A stretch of 64,000 nucleotides of DNA from Bacillota bacterium (GTDB taxonomy: Bacteria; Bacillota; UBA4882; JBLNCG01): positions 79,559 through 143,558 of the forward strand of contig JBLNCG010000061.1 in assembly GCA_050260475.1 (NCBI GenBank). Direction: 5' to 3'. The notes beneath the pieces were generated by a model. That model searched no databases. It had not been told where the DNA came from and saw only the letters and a program-made list of their open reading frames with translations. This document shows positions 53,750 through 61,988 of the stretch, piece by piece; positions within the stretch are counted from its first letter, which is position 1, and every line of letters starts with the position of its first letter. The translations under genes and the position numbers were made by a program.

Positions 53750-53873
53750 ACTCACCCTTTCCCTCTCTTTTGCGAAAGAGAGGGTAACCCGGAGCCTTCG
53801 AAGCCTTACTATGACCCCCTCTATTCCGCAGAAGAGGGAAGAGGGGGGTGAGTTCGACTTTATCACGACGCTT
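53750..53873 (-). repeat. family B structured repeat, copy B2 (inverted relative to B1), abutting the pilD stop codon
   Basis: The reverse complement reads AAGCGTCGTGATAAAGTCGAACTCACCCCCC...CCCTCTTCTGCGGAATAGAGGGGG..AAGGCTTCGAAGGC..CCCTCTCTTTCGCAAAAGAGAGGG.AAGGGTGAGT. The closing stem is ACTCACCC with GGGTGAGT. Confidence 0.75.
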
Positions 53874-54659
53874 TTAATAATATCCCCCTTTAATATATCG
53901 GCCGAACCAGTAAAAAAGATAATCTCCCCACAGGATGAGAATCATCGCCGCCAGCGCCAAAAACGGCCCGAAAGGAATGATTCTTCCCTTTGATAATTTC
54001 TTCCATATGAAAAGCCAAATTCCTGCCGCGCTCCCGAAAAATGACGCCAGGAAAACAGTTGCCAAAACTTCCCTCGGGCCGGTGAAAGCCCCGATCATGG
54101 CCAGCAGCTTGATGTCTCCCCCGCCCATGCCTTCCTTTTTAAGCAGCTTGAGGCACAGCCAGGCCACGGCATACAGCAGGCCCCCTCCCAGCGCCAATCC
54201 CCCCAGATTTTCCCAGGGTACGGCGCGGTTCAGCAGCCAGGGGACGGCAATCCCCAGGACCATGCCCGGATAGGTTATCAAATTCGGAATAATCATGCAG
54301 TCCAGGTCGATAAAGGAGACCGCCAGCAGCATCGCGGCAAAGGCGGCGTAATAAACGGCCTCCCACGTAAGACCGTAAACCCAAACGACCAGCGCGAACA
54401 ATAATCCGCAAATAAACTCCACCAGGGGGTAGCGCCGGGAGATTTTACCCCGGCAATACCGGCAGCGCCCCTTCAAGGCCAGGAAGCTGAAAAGGGGGAA
54501 TAAATCGAATATTCCCAGGGGATGCCCGCAGTCCGGGCAATGGGATCCCGGCCGCGCCAGCGATTCCCCCCTGGGGATGCGCCAGATGCAGACGTTAAGG
54601 AAACTTCCCACGCTGATGCCGTAAAGAAAGGCGATGATATAAAAAATCCAGGGCAGCAT
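53874..54659 (-). CDS. pilD: prepilin peptidase / N-methyltransferase (A24 family)
   Basis: 261 aa with the N-terminal zinc motifs CPDCGH and CRYC, the catalytic Asp regions FIDLD and GGGDIKLLAMIGAF, and multiple TM helices. Confidence 0.93.
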   Translation of the reverse strand: MLPWIFYIIAFLYGISVGSFLNVCIWRIPRGESLARPGSHCPDCGHPLGIFDLFPLFSFLALKGRCRYCRGKISRRYPLVEFICGLLFALVVWVYGLTWEAVYYAAFAAMLLAVSFIDLDCMIIPNLITYPGMVLGIAVPWLLNRAVPWENLGGLALGGGLLYAVAWLCLKLLKKEGMGGGDIKLLAMIGAFTGPREVLATVFLASFFGSAAGIWLFIWKKLSKGRIIPFGPFLALAAMILILWGDYLFYWFGRYIKGGYY

Positions 54660-54675
54660 TTTACGACCTCCCCCG

Positions 54676-54704
54676 AAAATGAAAAGCGGCAGCCAAGCTG
54701 CCGC
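54676..54704 (-). terminator. intrinsic terminator/attenuator immediately downstream of the major pilin gene
   Basis: The minus strand reads GCGGCAGC-TTG-GCTGCCGC followed by TTTTCATTTT. It sits in the 62-nt gap between the pilA stop and the pilD start. Confidence 0.7.
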
Positions 54705-54721
54705 CGTCCGCTAGATTGATC

Positions 54722-55162
54722 TTACGTCCTGCCGAATACGCCTGTCCGCGCCCAGGGCTGGTTGGGGTCGGGCTTGATGGACTCGTGCTTGAGAATACTG
54801 TTTGCGTTATTGCATAAAATATCGTATTGCATGACGTCGCCGCCAGGGTTGGTATACGTATAAGGAGCAACGTTGGCGGTGCCAATCGCCGTGCCAAAGG
54901 GGCAGATGCCCATATTGACGTTGTAGCCCACGGCTGTGGCCAAAGCATCACCAGTCAAGGGGCCGGCCGGATACTGGTTGTTGGTGGCGTAATAGCTCTC
55001 GCATCCGGTCAGGAGGTTACGGACGTTACTGGCGCATTTGACGTCGTTGGCCTGGTCTCTCGCCTTGCTGAACTGGGGCAGCAAGAGGGCGGCCAGAATG
55101 CCGATAACCAGGATAACTACCAAAAGCTCGACCAGGGTAAACCCGGCTTGTCCTTTACGCAT
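54722..55162 (-). CDS. pilA: type IV major pilin
   Basis: The leader is MRKGQAG|FTLVELLVVILVIGILAALLLPQF with Glu5. I prefer the ATG at 55162 (AAAGAGGTG RBS 9 nt upstream) over the ATG at 55183. The globular part carries four Cys residues. Confidence 0.92.
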   Translation of the reverse strand: MRKGQAGFTLVELLVVILVIGILAALLLPQFSKARDQANDVKCASNVRNLLTGCESYYATNNQYPAGPLTGDALATAVGYNVNMGICPFGTAIGTANVAPYTYTNPGGDVMQYDILCNNANSILKHESIKPDPNQPWARTGVFGRT

Positions 55163-55311
55163 TTTTACAAACACCTCTTTCATTTTTTTTATTGAACCTG
55201 GCAGGTGGAACCTCTCTTTTTCACCCGCACCCCCCCCTTATAAAGAGATAAAAGTATGGGATTATGATAAATTGATTTGCCTGGTCCTTATTTTTTCAAA
55301 CTTCACCCTTT

Positions 55312-56550
55312 TCAGGTGCCCATGGCCTGGGTCATCTGCATCATCGGGAGCATGATGGCCGCCACAATCATCCCGACCACTCCCCCCAGCAGCACCACGA
55401 TCATGGGCTCCATCATGGAAGTAAGGTTCTTAACCGCGTGCTCCACTTCCTTTTCGTAAAAGTCCGCCACTTTTTCCATAACCGTCTCCACATTGCCGGT
55501 CTCCTCGCCGATGGCCATCATCTGGGATACCATCACGGGGAACAGGTTCATTTCCATAAGGGGCCTGGCCATCCCGGTACCTTTTTTCACGCCTTCCTGG
55601 ACGTTGACAATGGCGTCGGCCAGGATCCTGTTGTCCAGCAGCCCCTTCAAGACCTCCAGGGATTGCAGGAGCGGCACGCCGCTGGAAAAAAGAGTGGAAA
55701 AGATCCGGCAGAACCTAGCCACGGATGTTTTCATCACCAGATCCCCGAAAAGCGGGATTTTCAGGGCGATCATGTCGATATTGCGCCTGCCGCCGGAAGT
55801 CTTGCGATAGGAGCTATAACCGATTGCTAAGCCTGTAATGCCGAGAATCATCGCCCACCAGTAATCCGTGAAAAGCGTACTGATGCCCAACAGCAACTGG
55901 GTGAGGGGGGGGAGCTGGATGCCCTGCTCGGAAAAAATCTTTTTAAAAATCGGAAGCACGAAGATGAACAGTCCGGCGATAACCCCCGCAGCGACCCCCA
56001 GGATGACCATGGGGTAGATCATGGCGCCGATGATTTTCTCGCGCAGGTCCAATTCCTTTTCAAAGTTCACGGCCACTTTCTCCAAGACCTGATCCAGAAT
56101 ACCGCCCAGTTCCCCGGCTTCCACCATGCTCACGAAAAGGTTCGGAAAGGCTTTCGGAAACCTGCGGGCGGCCGCTGAAAGCGTAGACCCTCCTTGCACG
56201 TCCCTGCTGATTTCTTGAATTACCGCCTGCAGAACCTTGTTGCTGACCTGCTTTTGCAATATCGTCAGACAGGTCAGAAGCGGAAGGCCCGAATTGACCA
56301 TGACGGCAAACTGGCGGCACATGATGGTTAAATCCTTCAATCCGACGCGCCGATGGGGATTGACCGCGCCCGGGCTTACCCCCGTTCGGACGGCGCCGCC
56401 TATCTTCGAATCAGCTTTGGGCCTGATAGCCAAAACATACATGCCCTGATCCCTAAGCTTTGCAACGGCGGCCCGGTCCGATTCGGCTTCAATAACGCCA
56501 ACGCTTGTCCCGCCTGATTTGTCCCGGACCTGATATTGGAAGGAAGGCAT
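55312..56550 (-). CDS. pilC: type IV pilus platform protein PilC (GspF family)
   Basis: 412 aa with the duplicated T2SSF domain architecture and three TM segments. Confidence 0.93.
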   Translation of the reverse strand: MPSFQYQVRDKSGGTSVGVIEAESDRAAVAKLRDQGMYVLAIRPKADSKIGGAVRTGVSPGAVNPHRRVGLKDLTIMCRQFAVMVNSGLPLLTCLTILQKQVSNKVLQAVIQEISRDVQGGSTLSAAARRFPKAFPNLFVSMVEAGELGGILDQVLEKVAVNFEKELDLREKIIGAMIYPMVILGVAAGVIAGLFIFVLPIFKKIFSEQGIQLPPLTQLLLGISTLFTDYWWAMILGITGLAIGYSSYRKTSGGRRNIDMIALKIPLFGDLVMKTSVARFCRIFSTLFSSGVPLLQSLEVLKGLLDNRILADAIVNVQEGVKKGTGMARPLMEMNLFPVMVSQMMAIGEETGNVETVMEKVADFYEKEVEHAVKNLTSMMEPMIVVLLGGVVGMIVAAIMLPMMQMTQAMGT

Positions 56551-56654
56551 TTAAATATCCTCCTAATAATTAGTATCGATCCGATTTATGGATCTTGCAA
56601 GCCATTTTTTCATGACATTTTGACCGTAATACCGGACAAAACGGCCGGTATATA

Positions 56655-57719
56655 TTACATGTTGGCCAATTTTCGGAATTCCTCCTGATCCATGGCCCTG
56701 AAAAGGGCTTCCTGGAAACTCACCAGGCGGCGCAAATAAAGATCCTTCAGCGCCGCGTCCATGGTCTGCATGCCCATTTTGCCGCTGGTCTGGATGACGG
56801 AATAGATCTGATGCGTTTTGCTTTCGCGGATAAGATTCCGTATGGCGGGCGTGGCGATCATTAATTCCACCGACACGCACCGGCCGGGCATATCCACGCG
56901 CGGTAAAAGCTGCTGGGAAACAACGGCCTGCAGCACCGCGGAAAGCTGGATCCTGACCTGCTGCTGCTGGTGAGGGGGGAACATGTCCACGATCCTGTCC
57001 ACTGTCTGCACGCTGTCATTGGTGTGCAGGGTCGCAAAGACAAGGTGCCCGGTTTCCGCCGCGCTAATGGCCGTGGAGATTGTCTCCAGATCGCGCATCT
57101 CGCCTACCAGGATGACGTCCGGATCCTGCCGCAACGCCGAGCGGAGCGCGTCCGCGAATGATATGGAATCCACCCCTATTTCGCGCTGGTTGATGATGCT
57201 CCTCTTGTGGCGGTGCAGAAATTCTATGGGGTCTTCCAGTGTGATGATATGGCAGTTCCTTTCCATGTTGATGATATCGATCAGCGCCGCAAGCGTGGTG
57301 CTTTTTCCGCTCCCGGTCGGCCCCGTCACCAGGACCATGCCCCGGGTCTTTTCCGTCAACGACTTCAAGGCCGGCGGCAATCCCAGCACTTCAAGAGTGC
57401 TGATTTCACTGGGGATCAACCTCATGACTCCCGCCAGGGTGCCGCGCTGGCTGAAAATGTTTACGCGAAATCTGGCTATGCCTTTTTTGCCTATGGAAAA
57501 GTCGACCTGTCCTTTTTTCTCCAGGGTCGATTTTTGCACCGGATTTACCAGGGAAAGAAGGGCCGGGGTCAATTCCTGAGTGCCTAAAACCTCCTGGTTT
57601 GATATTGCTACCAGTTCGCCGTTGATCCTGACCATGGGAGGCAAACCGTTGGTAAGATGAATATCCGAGGCGTTGTTGTCCACAGCGTACTGAAAAATTG
57701 CGTCCATATCCAATGGCAT
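56655..57719 (-). CDS. pilT: type IV pilus retraction ATPase PilT
   Basis: 354 aa with Walker A GPTGSGKSTT and the PilT-specific AIRNLIRE motif. Confidence 0.95.
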   Translation of the reverse strand: MPLDMDAIFQYAVDNNASDIHLTNGLPPMVRINGELVAISNQEVLGTQELTPALLSLVNPVQKSTLEKKGQVDFSIGKKGIARFRVNIFSQRGTLAGVMRLIPSEISTLEVLGLPPALKSLTEKTRGMVLVTGPTGSGKSTTLAALIDIINMERNCHIITLEDPIEFLHRHKRSIINQREIGVDSISFADALRSALRQDPDVILVGEMRDLETISTAISAAETGHLVFATLHTNDSVQTVDRIVDMFPPHQQQQVRIQLSAVLQAVVSQQLLPRVDMPGRCVSVELMIATPAIRNLIRESKTHQIYSVIQTSGKMGMQTMDAALKDLYLRRLVSFQEALFRAMDQEEFRKLANM

Positions 57720-57778
57720 AATCTTCCCCCTCGCTCTCTTTTAATTGTTCATCGGTTTTCTTGTGGACGATAGAAACT

Positions 57779-59494
57779 TTATTGTTCTCCCGTATAAGCG
57801 ATGCGAATCACTTCATCAATAGTGGTCTGGCCTTTGATGGCTTTCACCAACCCGTCCATCATCAATGTCCGCATGCCTGACTTTATGCCGGCATCCCTCA
57901 GGATATCGGCGGAAACGTTTTTGCACGTCAAGGCGATCAGTTCCTTGTTCATGATCATCACTTCGTGTACGGCTACCCGTTTTGCGTAACCGGTGTTGTT
58001 GCACATCTTGCACCCCCTGCCTTTGATCAGTTTAAGGGACTGATCCGGCTTTACGTTTGGCGGGAGGTACGGCTGGATCATCAGGCGGACCGGATCATCC
58101 GGGGCCAGTTGGTATTCCTCCTTGCAGTTATTGCATATGCCGCGCACCAGGCGCTGGGCGATAATCCCGATGACCGTGGAACCCACCATATACGGTTCGA
58201 TGCTCATATCGATCAGCCGGGTGATGGATGAAGGCGCATCGTTGGTGTGCAGGGTGGTCAGCACCAGATGGCCGGTAAGAGCCGCCTGGGTGGCGATGCG
58301 CGCCGTTTCTCCGTCGCGGATCTCGCCGACCATAATGATGTCGGGGTCCTGCCGCAGAAAGGAGCGCAAGGCCGCGGCGAAAGTCAGCCCTGCTCTGGTA
58401 TTCACCTGGACCTGATTGACCCCCCTGATCTGATATTCCACCGGGTCCTCTACAGTCATGATATTGACATCCGAGCTATTCAACTCCGACAAGACCGCGC
58501 TCAGCGTGGTGCTTTTTCCGCTCCCGGTCGGCCCCGTCACCAGGATAATCCCGTGCGGCTGCATATACACGGACCGAAATTTGGAAAGCGTATCCTCCAG
58601 AAATCCCAACTGTTCGAGTTTAAGCTGAATGGTATTCTTGAAAAGGATACGCATGACGATCTTCTCTCCGAAAACCACCGGCAGGCAGGATACACGAAGA
58701 TCAATGGCGAGGTTGTCCACCATCATCTGGATGCGGCCGTCCTGGGGGACGCGCTTTTCTGCGATGTTCATGTTGGAGATGATTTTGATACGGGAGATGA
58801 TGGCGGCCTGGGTATTTTTGGGAACGGTCATGACCTCGCGCAATACGCCGTCTATCCTGTATCTGACTTTTACCTCCCCCTCCCACGGTTCGATATGAAT
58901 GTCGCTGGCCTTATCCCGGACGGCCTGGGTGATGATAAGGTTGACCAGCCTGACGATGGGGGCTTCTTCCACCATCTCTTTCAGTTTGGTGATATCAACC
59001 TCTTCCTCGGTATCCTTTACAATTTCAATATCCTTGAAAACTTCCTCCACGGAACTGCGCACACCGTAGTACTGGTTGAAAGCCTTTCTCAGATCGTCGT
59101 CCGATACGATCACGGGCTGGATATCGCGATTCAAGGTGATCTTCAATTCATCCAGGGCGAAAACGTCCGTAGGATCGATCATGGCGAGCACCAGTTTCTC
59201 GCCCCGCATTTCCACGGGGAAGACATTGTATTTTTTCGCCACCGGCTCCGGAACCATGCTCAGGACTTCGGGGGTGATGTTTCTCTTGGCCAGGATGACA
59301 TGGGGCACTCCCAGTTGGAACTCCAGCACCTCGATAAGATTCTGGTCCGTGATGACGCCCTGCTCCACCAGGATGGCGCCCAGCCTTTTCCCGGAATCCT
59401 TTTGCGCCAGAAGGGCCCTTTGCAGTTGATCCGGCTTGATATAGTTGGCCTCTAGCAGGATTTCACCAAGCTTCTTGCGAAAAACCGTAGCCAA
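57779..59494 (-). CDS. pilB: type IV pilus assembly ATPase PilB (GspE family) with an MshEN-type N-terminal domain
   Basis: 571 aa with Walker A GPTGSGKSTT and the tetracysteine motif CNNC...CKMC. The N-terminus has a tandem RLGxxLVxxGxI...L...L..Q motif. The start codon is TTG with an AGGTGA RBS. Confidence 0.95.
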   Translation of the reverse strand: MATVFRKKLGEILLEANYIKPDQLQRALLAQKDSGKRLGAILVEQGVITDQNLIEVLEFQLGVPHVILAKRNITPEVLSMVPEPVAKKYNVFPVEMRGEKLVLAMIDPTDVFALDELKITLNRDIQPVIVSDDDLRKAFNQYYGVRSSVEEVFKDIEIVKDTEEEVDITKLKEMVEEAPIVRLVNLIITQAVRDKASDIHIEPWEGEVKVRYRIDGVLREVMTVPKNTQAAIISRIKIISNMNIAEKRVPQDGRIQMMVDNLAIDLRVSCLPVVFGEKIVMRILFKNTIQLKLEQLGFLEDTLSKFRSVYMQPHGIILVTGPTGSGKSTTLSAVLSELNSSDVNIMTVEDPVEYQIRGVNQVQVNTRAGLTFAAALRSFLRQDPDIIMVGEIRDGETARIATQAALTGHLVLTTLHTNDAPSSITRLIDMSIEPYMVGSTVIGIIAQRLVRGICNNCKEEYQLAPDDPVRLMIQPYLPPNVKPDQSLKLIKGRGCKMCNNTGYAKRVAVHEVMIMNKELIALTCKNVSADILRDAGIKSGMRTLMMDGLVKAIKGQTTIDEVIRIAYTGEQ

Positions 59495-59540
59495 AAAATC
59501 ACCTGCTTTATTTAACGTTTTAAAATCCTTTTCACATAAA

Positions 59541-59577
59541 CAAATTGCGCTGTTAGATCAATTCAAGGTCTTGCCAA
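59541..59577 (-). repeat. family A repeat, half copy
   Basis: AATTGCGCTGTTAGATCAATTCAAGGTCTTGCC corresponds to the outer arm plus one inner arm of the A consensus in inverted orientation. Confidence 0.55.
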
Positions 59578-59793
59578 TCCTTTGATAATGCCGTTATATG
59601 TTGGAAAAGGTAATATTAAATATTCTATAAATTTATCGGTTACCCTTTCCCTTTCCTTTAACGCTGCCGTTAAAAGTCCCGCTCATGACGGGTTTGTGCC
59701 GATAGCCGGCGCGGCCGCGCCTTATGGATATGTGCCCGTTTCTTTTGATATTTAAACCCCGCGTCCTTTTTTTCCTGCCAAATATCCGGGCAT

Positions 59794-59825
59794 AAAAAAA
59801 ATAAGCCCCTGGTCCTTCCAGGGAC
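59794..59825 (-). terminator. intrinsic terminator in the yqeH-pilB spacer
   Basis: The minus strand reads CCCTGG-AAGGA-CCAGGG followed by GCTTATTTTTTTT. Confidence 0.7.
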
Positions 59826-59937
59826 AAAAATCATATGCCAATAGGCCTGAGGTCCCGGCCTCCGATCCGCAAAATTCGCCCCGCTGCAATCATTGAACCG
59901 GTGATTGAAAAGTATTTGGCGTTTCAGCTTTCGCCTT

Positions 59938-60123
59938 TTATTTCAGGATAAAGGATATTTCGATGAAATCGCCGCTCGGGCGGAGAATGATCTTCCGGAT
60001 CTCCCCCGTCCTCTTCAGGTAACCCCGGTTTTTTCCGCGCTGGTACATGGCGCGCATTGATTGCAGAAGATCCTTTCCCCCCGGAGGCGCGTAAAAGAAA
60101 AAACTCTGGCGCAAATGCATCAA
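59938..60123 (-). CDS. hypothetical small basic protein (weak call)
   Basis: A 61-codon ORF (…MRAMYQRGKNRGYLKRTGEIRKIILRPSGDFIEISFILK) lying between yqeH and the terminator at 59794-59825. I recognise no family, and a competing ORF exists in another frame. Confidence 0.25.
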   Translation of the reverse strand: MMHLRQSFFFYAPPGGKDLLQSMRAMYQRGKNRGYLKRTGEIRKIILRPSGDFIEISFILK

Positions 60124-60238
60124 AATCCCCCATAAGCTGTTTTAATACCGGACAAGCCAGGTTACCGCCTATTATTTGGCAAATCATTTCAGGAAAAGAT
60201 TAATGTCGTTATATATTGTTTATGACGGGTTTACCTGT

Positions 60239-61357
60239 TTATTCCCGGGATTTTCCTATCAATGCGGAGCGGATTTCGTACCGAAGGCCCGGGGGATGAA
60301 AGATCCGGAGCGCCGCGTCACCGCCCCGTACCGATATCCAGCCCAGCCCCGACCAGGCGAGATCATGGCCCTCCGGTACGGTAACCTCCCGCTCCTCCCG
60401 CTCGGGCAAGCCGGACCGGCATGCGCCGCACGGAAAATCCATCAGGCCCTTCCATTGCGCATTCATCAACTGCGCCAGGCGTGCGGAATTTGTGAAATGC
60501 AGGCGTACTTTTTCCGAGGTATAAAACAGGAATGTCCGGCCGCCGCCTACCAGGGTGAATCCGGCGATTCCGGACAGCGCCGCACTTTGTCCGGATTTAA
60601 GATGCGCCAGCTTGCCCTGCATCTTTTTTCCTGTCCGCAAAGCCGTAGAACAGGCAGGGCATAAAAATTCACCCAGCCCGCCCCCGGGGGTCAGGCCCGG
60701 TGTGTCCACCAGCTTCCATCCGCGGGAGGCCACCGTCTGCTCCAGGACATTTTGGGTGGTGCCGCGGCATGGGGAAACAGTAATGGCGCGGCTAACTTTA
60801 TTCAAATGTAAAACGGAATTCACCAGGGATGACTTCCCGGTATTGGTGGCGCCGAAAAAGACCGCCTTTCCACCGGGCGGTACTTTCGCATTAAGAAGTG
60901 ATTGAAGTTCCGTCAGACCCTTTCTTTTAAGAGCGCTGACGGCAAGAAAATGTTGAGGCCGGCGGGGGAAATCCCGAGTAAGCCCGCGCACTTTGCCCTC
61001 CATTTCCCGGGCAGGGATTGGGATGGGCAGGAGGTCGATCTTGTTGACCACCAGCACGGCGGGAGCGTAATTTAACCATTCCGACCAGCCGGGCGTCAGG
61101 GTGCCGGTTAAATCCGCAAAATCGGCCACCCATATGGAAAACGCCGCGTCCGCCAAAGCCTTCCGGGTCAGATCCCCGGCTTCACCGGGAGTGAGCGAGG
61201 ATTCCCCGGTTTTCCCGTAATGGATAAGTTGGAAGCAGCGCTGGCATATCAGGCCGCCGTTTTTTCTTCCCATCCCCGGCCGTACATAACCCGCCCGCGC
61301 GGGATCGGCGCACTGATACGCCGCTCCGCATCCCGGACAGCATTTATTCCTGCCCAC
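60239..61357 (-). CDS. yqeH: ribosome biogenesis GTPase YqeH (circularly permuted)
   Basis: It has an N-terminal zinc finger CPGCG...CQRCF. G4 (VNKIDLL) precedes G1 (GATNTGKSSLVN). Confidence 0.9.
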   Translation of the reverse strand: MGRNKCCPGCGAAYQCADPARAGYVRPGMGRKNGGLICQRCFQLIHYGKTGESSLTPGEAGDLTRKALADAAFSIWVADFADLTGTLTPGWSEWLNYAPAVLVVNKIDLLPIPIPAREMEGKVRGLTRDFPRRPQHFLAVSALKRKGLTELQSLLNAKVPPGGKAVFFGATNTGKSSLVNSVLHLNKVSRAITVSPCRGTTQNVLEQTVASRGWKLVDTPGLTPGGGLGEFLCPACSTALRTGKKMQGKLAHLKSGQSAALSGIAGFTLVGGGRTFLFYTSEKVRLHFTNSARLAQLMNAQWKGLMDFPCGACRSGLPEREEREVTVPEGHDLAWSGLGWISVRGGDAALRIFHPPGLRYEIRSALIGKSRE

Positions 61358-61859
61358 TTAGAATACCTTTCTTTTTAAGCCTTTTTAAAACAAATTTCTC
61401 CAGCCTGCGCACGGCTTTGGTGCTTACAAACTCCTCCTTGCTGATGGGATGCGTTAAAATCGTATATAAATCCATGCGGTTCCCGCCCAGAATGTCGGTA
61501 AAAATCTGATCCCCGATTACAGCGGTCTGATCGGGAAGGGTTCCCATGATTTCCAGGGCTTTTTTGAAGGGGTGCTTGCGGGGTTTGATCGCTTTGGCCA
61601 CCGCCGGGATGTCCAGCTCCCTGGCGAAATGAGCGACGCGGTCTTTCAGGCCGTTGGATACAATACACATTTTAAACCCGTTCCTTTTCATGTCAAGGAT
61701 CCATTCGCTCAACTCAGGCTTAATCTCCATCCCGCCCCATTCTACCAGCGTATTGTCCAAATCAAAAATAAGGCCTCTTATTCCTATATCTTTCAGGCCA
61801 TCCACATCCAGATGAAATATGGACTCCGCCCGCGAACGGGGGGCAAGTTTCTCCAGCAT
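61344..61859 (-). CDS. yqeG: YqeG-family HAD-IIIA phosphatase
   Basis: 171 aa with the HAD motif I FDLDNTLV and later GDQIFTDILGGN. It overlaps yqeH as in the Bacillus operon. Confidence 0.9.
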   Translation of the reverse strand: MLEKLAPRSRAESIFHLDVDGLKDIGIRGLIFDLDNTLVEWGGMEIKPELSEWILDMKRNGFKMCIVSNGLKDRVAHFARELDIPAVAKAIKPRKHPFKKALEIMGTLPDQTAVIGDQIFTDILGGNRMDLYTILTHPISKEEFVSTKAVRRLEKFVLKRLKKKGILSGQE

Positions 61860-61988
61860 GAATACCTCCTGCTTCTTTGGACGGCGGTGCGGATATGGAA
61901 CGGGCAGCCGGCCGTCAAGCAGAAAATATTATACCATACTTTTTTAAATAAAACCAATTTCGACAAAAGCCTTTTGCCTTAATAACAA

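Noticed and set aside
59660..59720. A possible c-di-GMP-I (GEMM) riboswitch in the pilB leader. The minus strand reads GGCACAAACCCGTCATGAGCGGGAC.
   Set aside because: Only the GGCA.AAACC...GGGAC portion resembles the consensus. The conserved ACGCAAAGCC segment and the second tetraloop-receptor helix are absent. cmscan against RF01051 and RF01786 would settle it, and I expect no hit.
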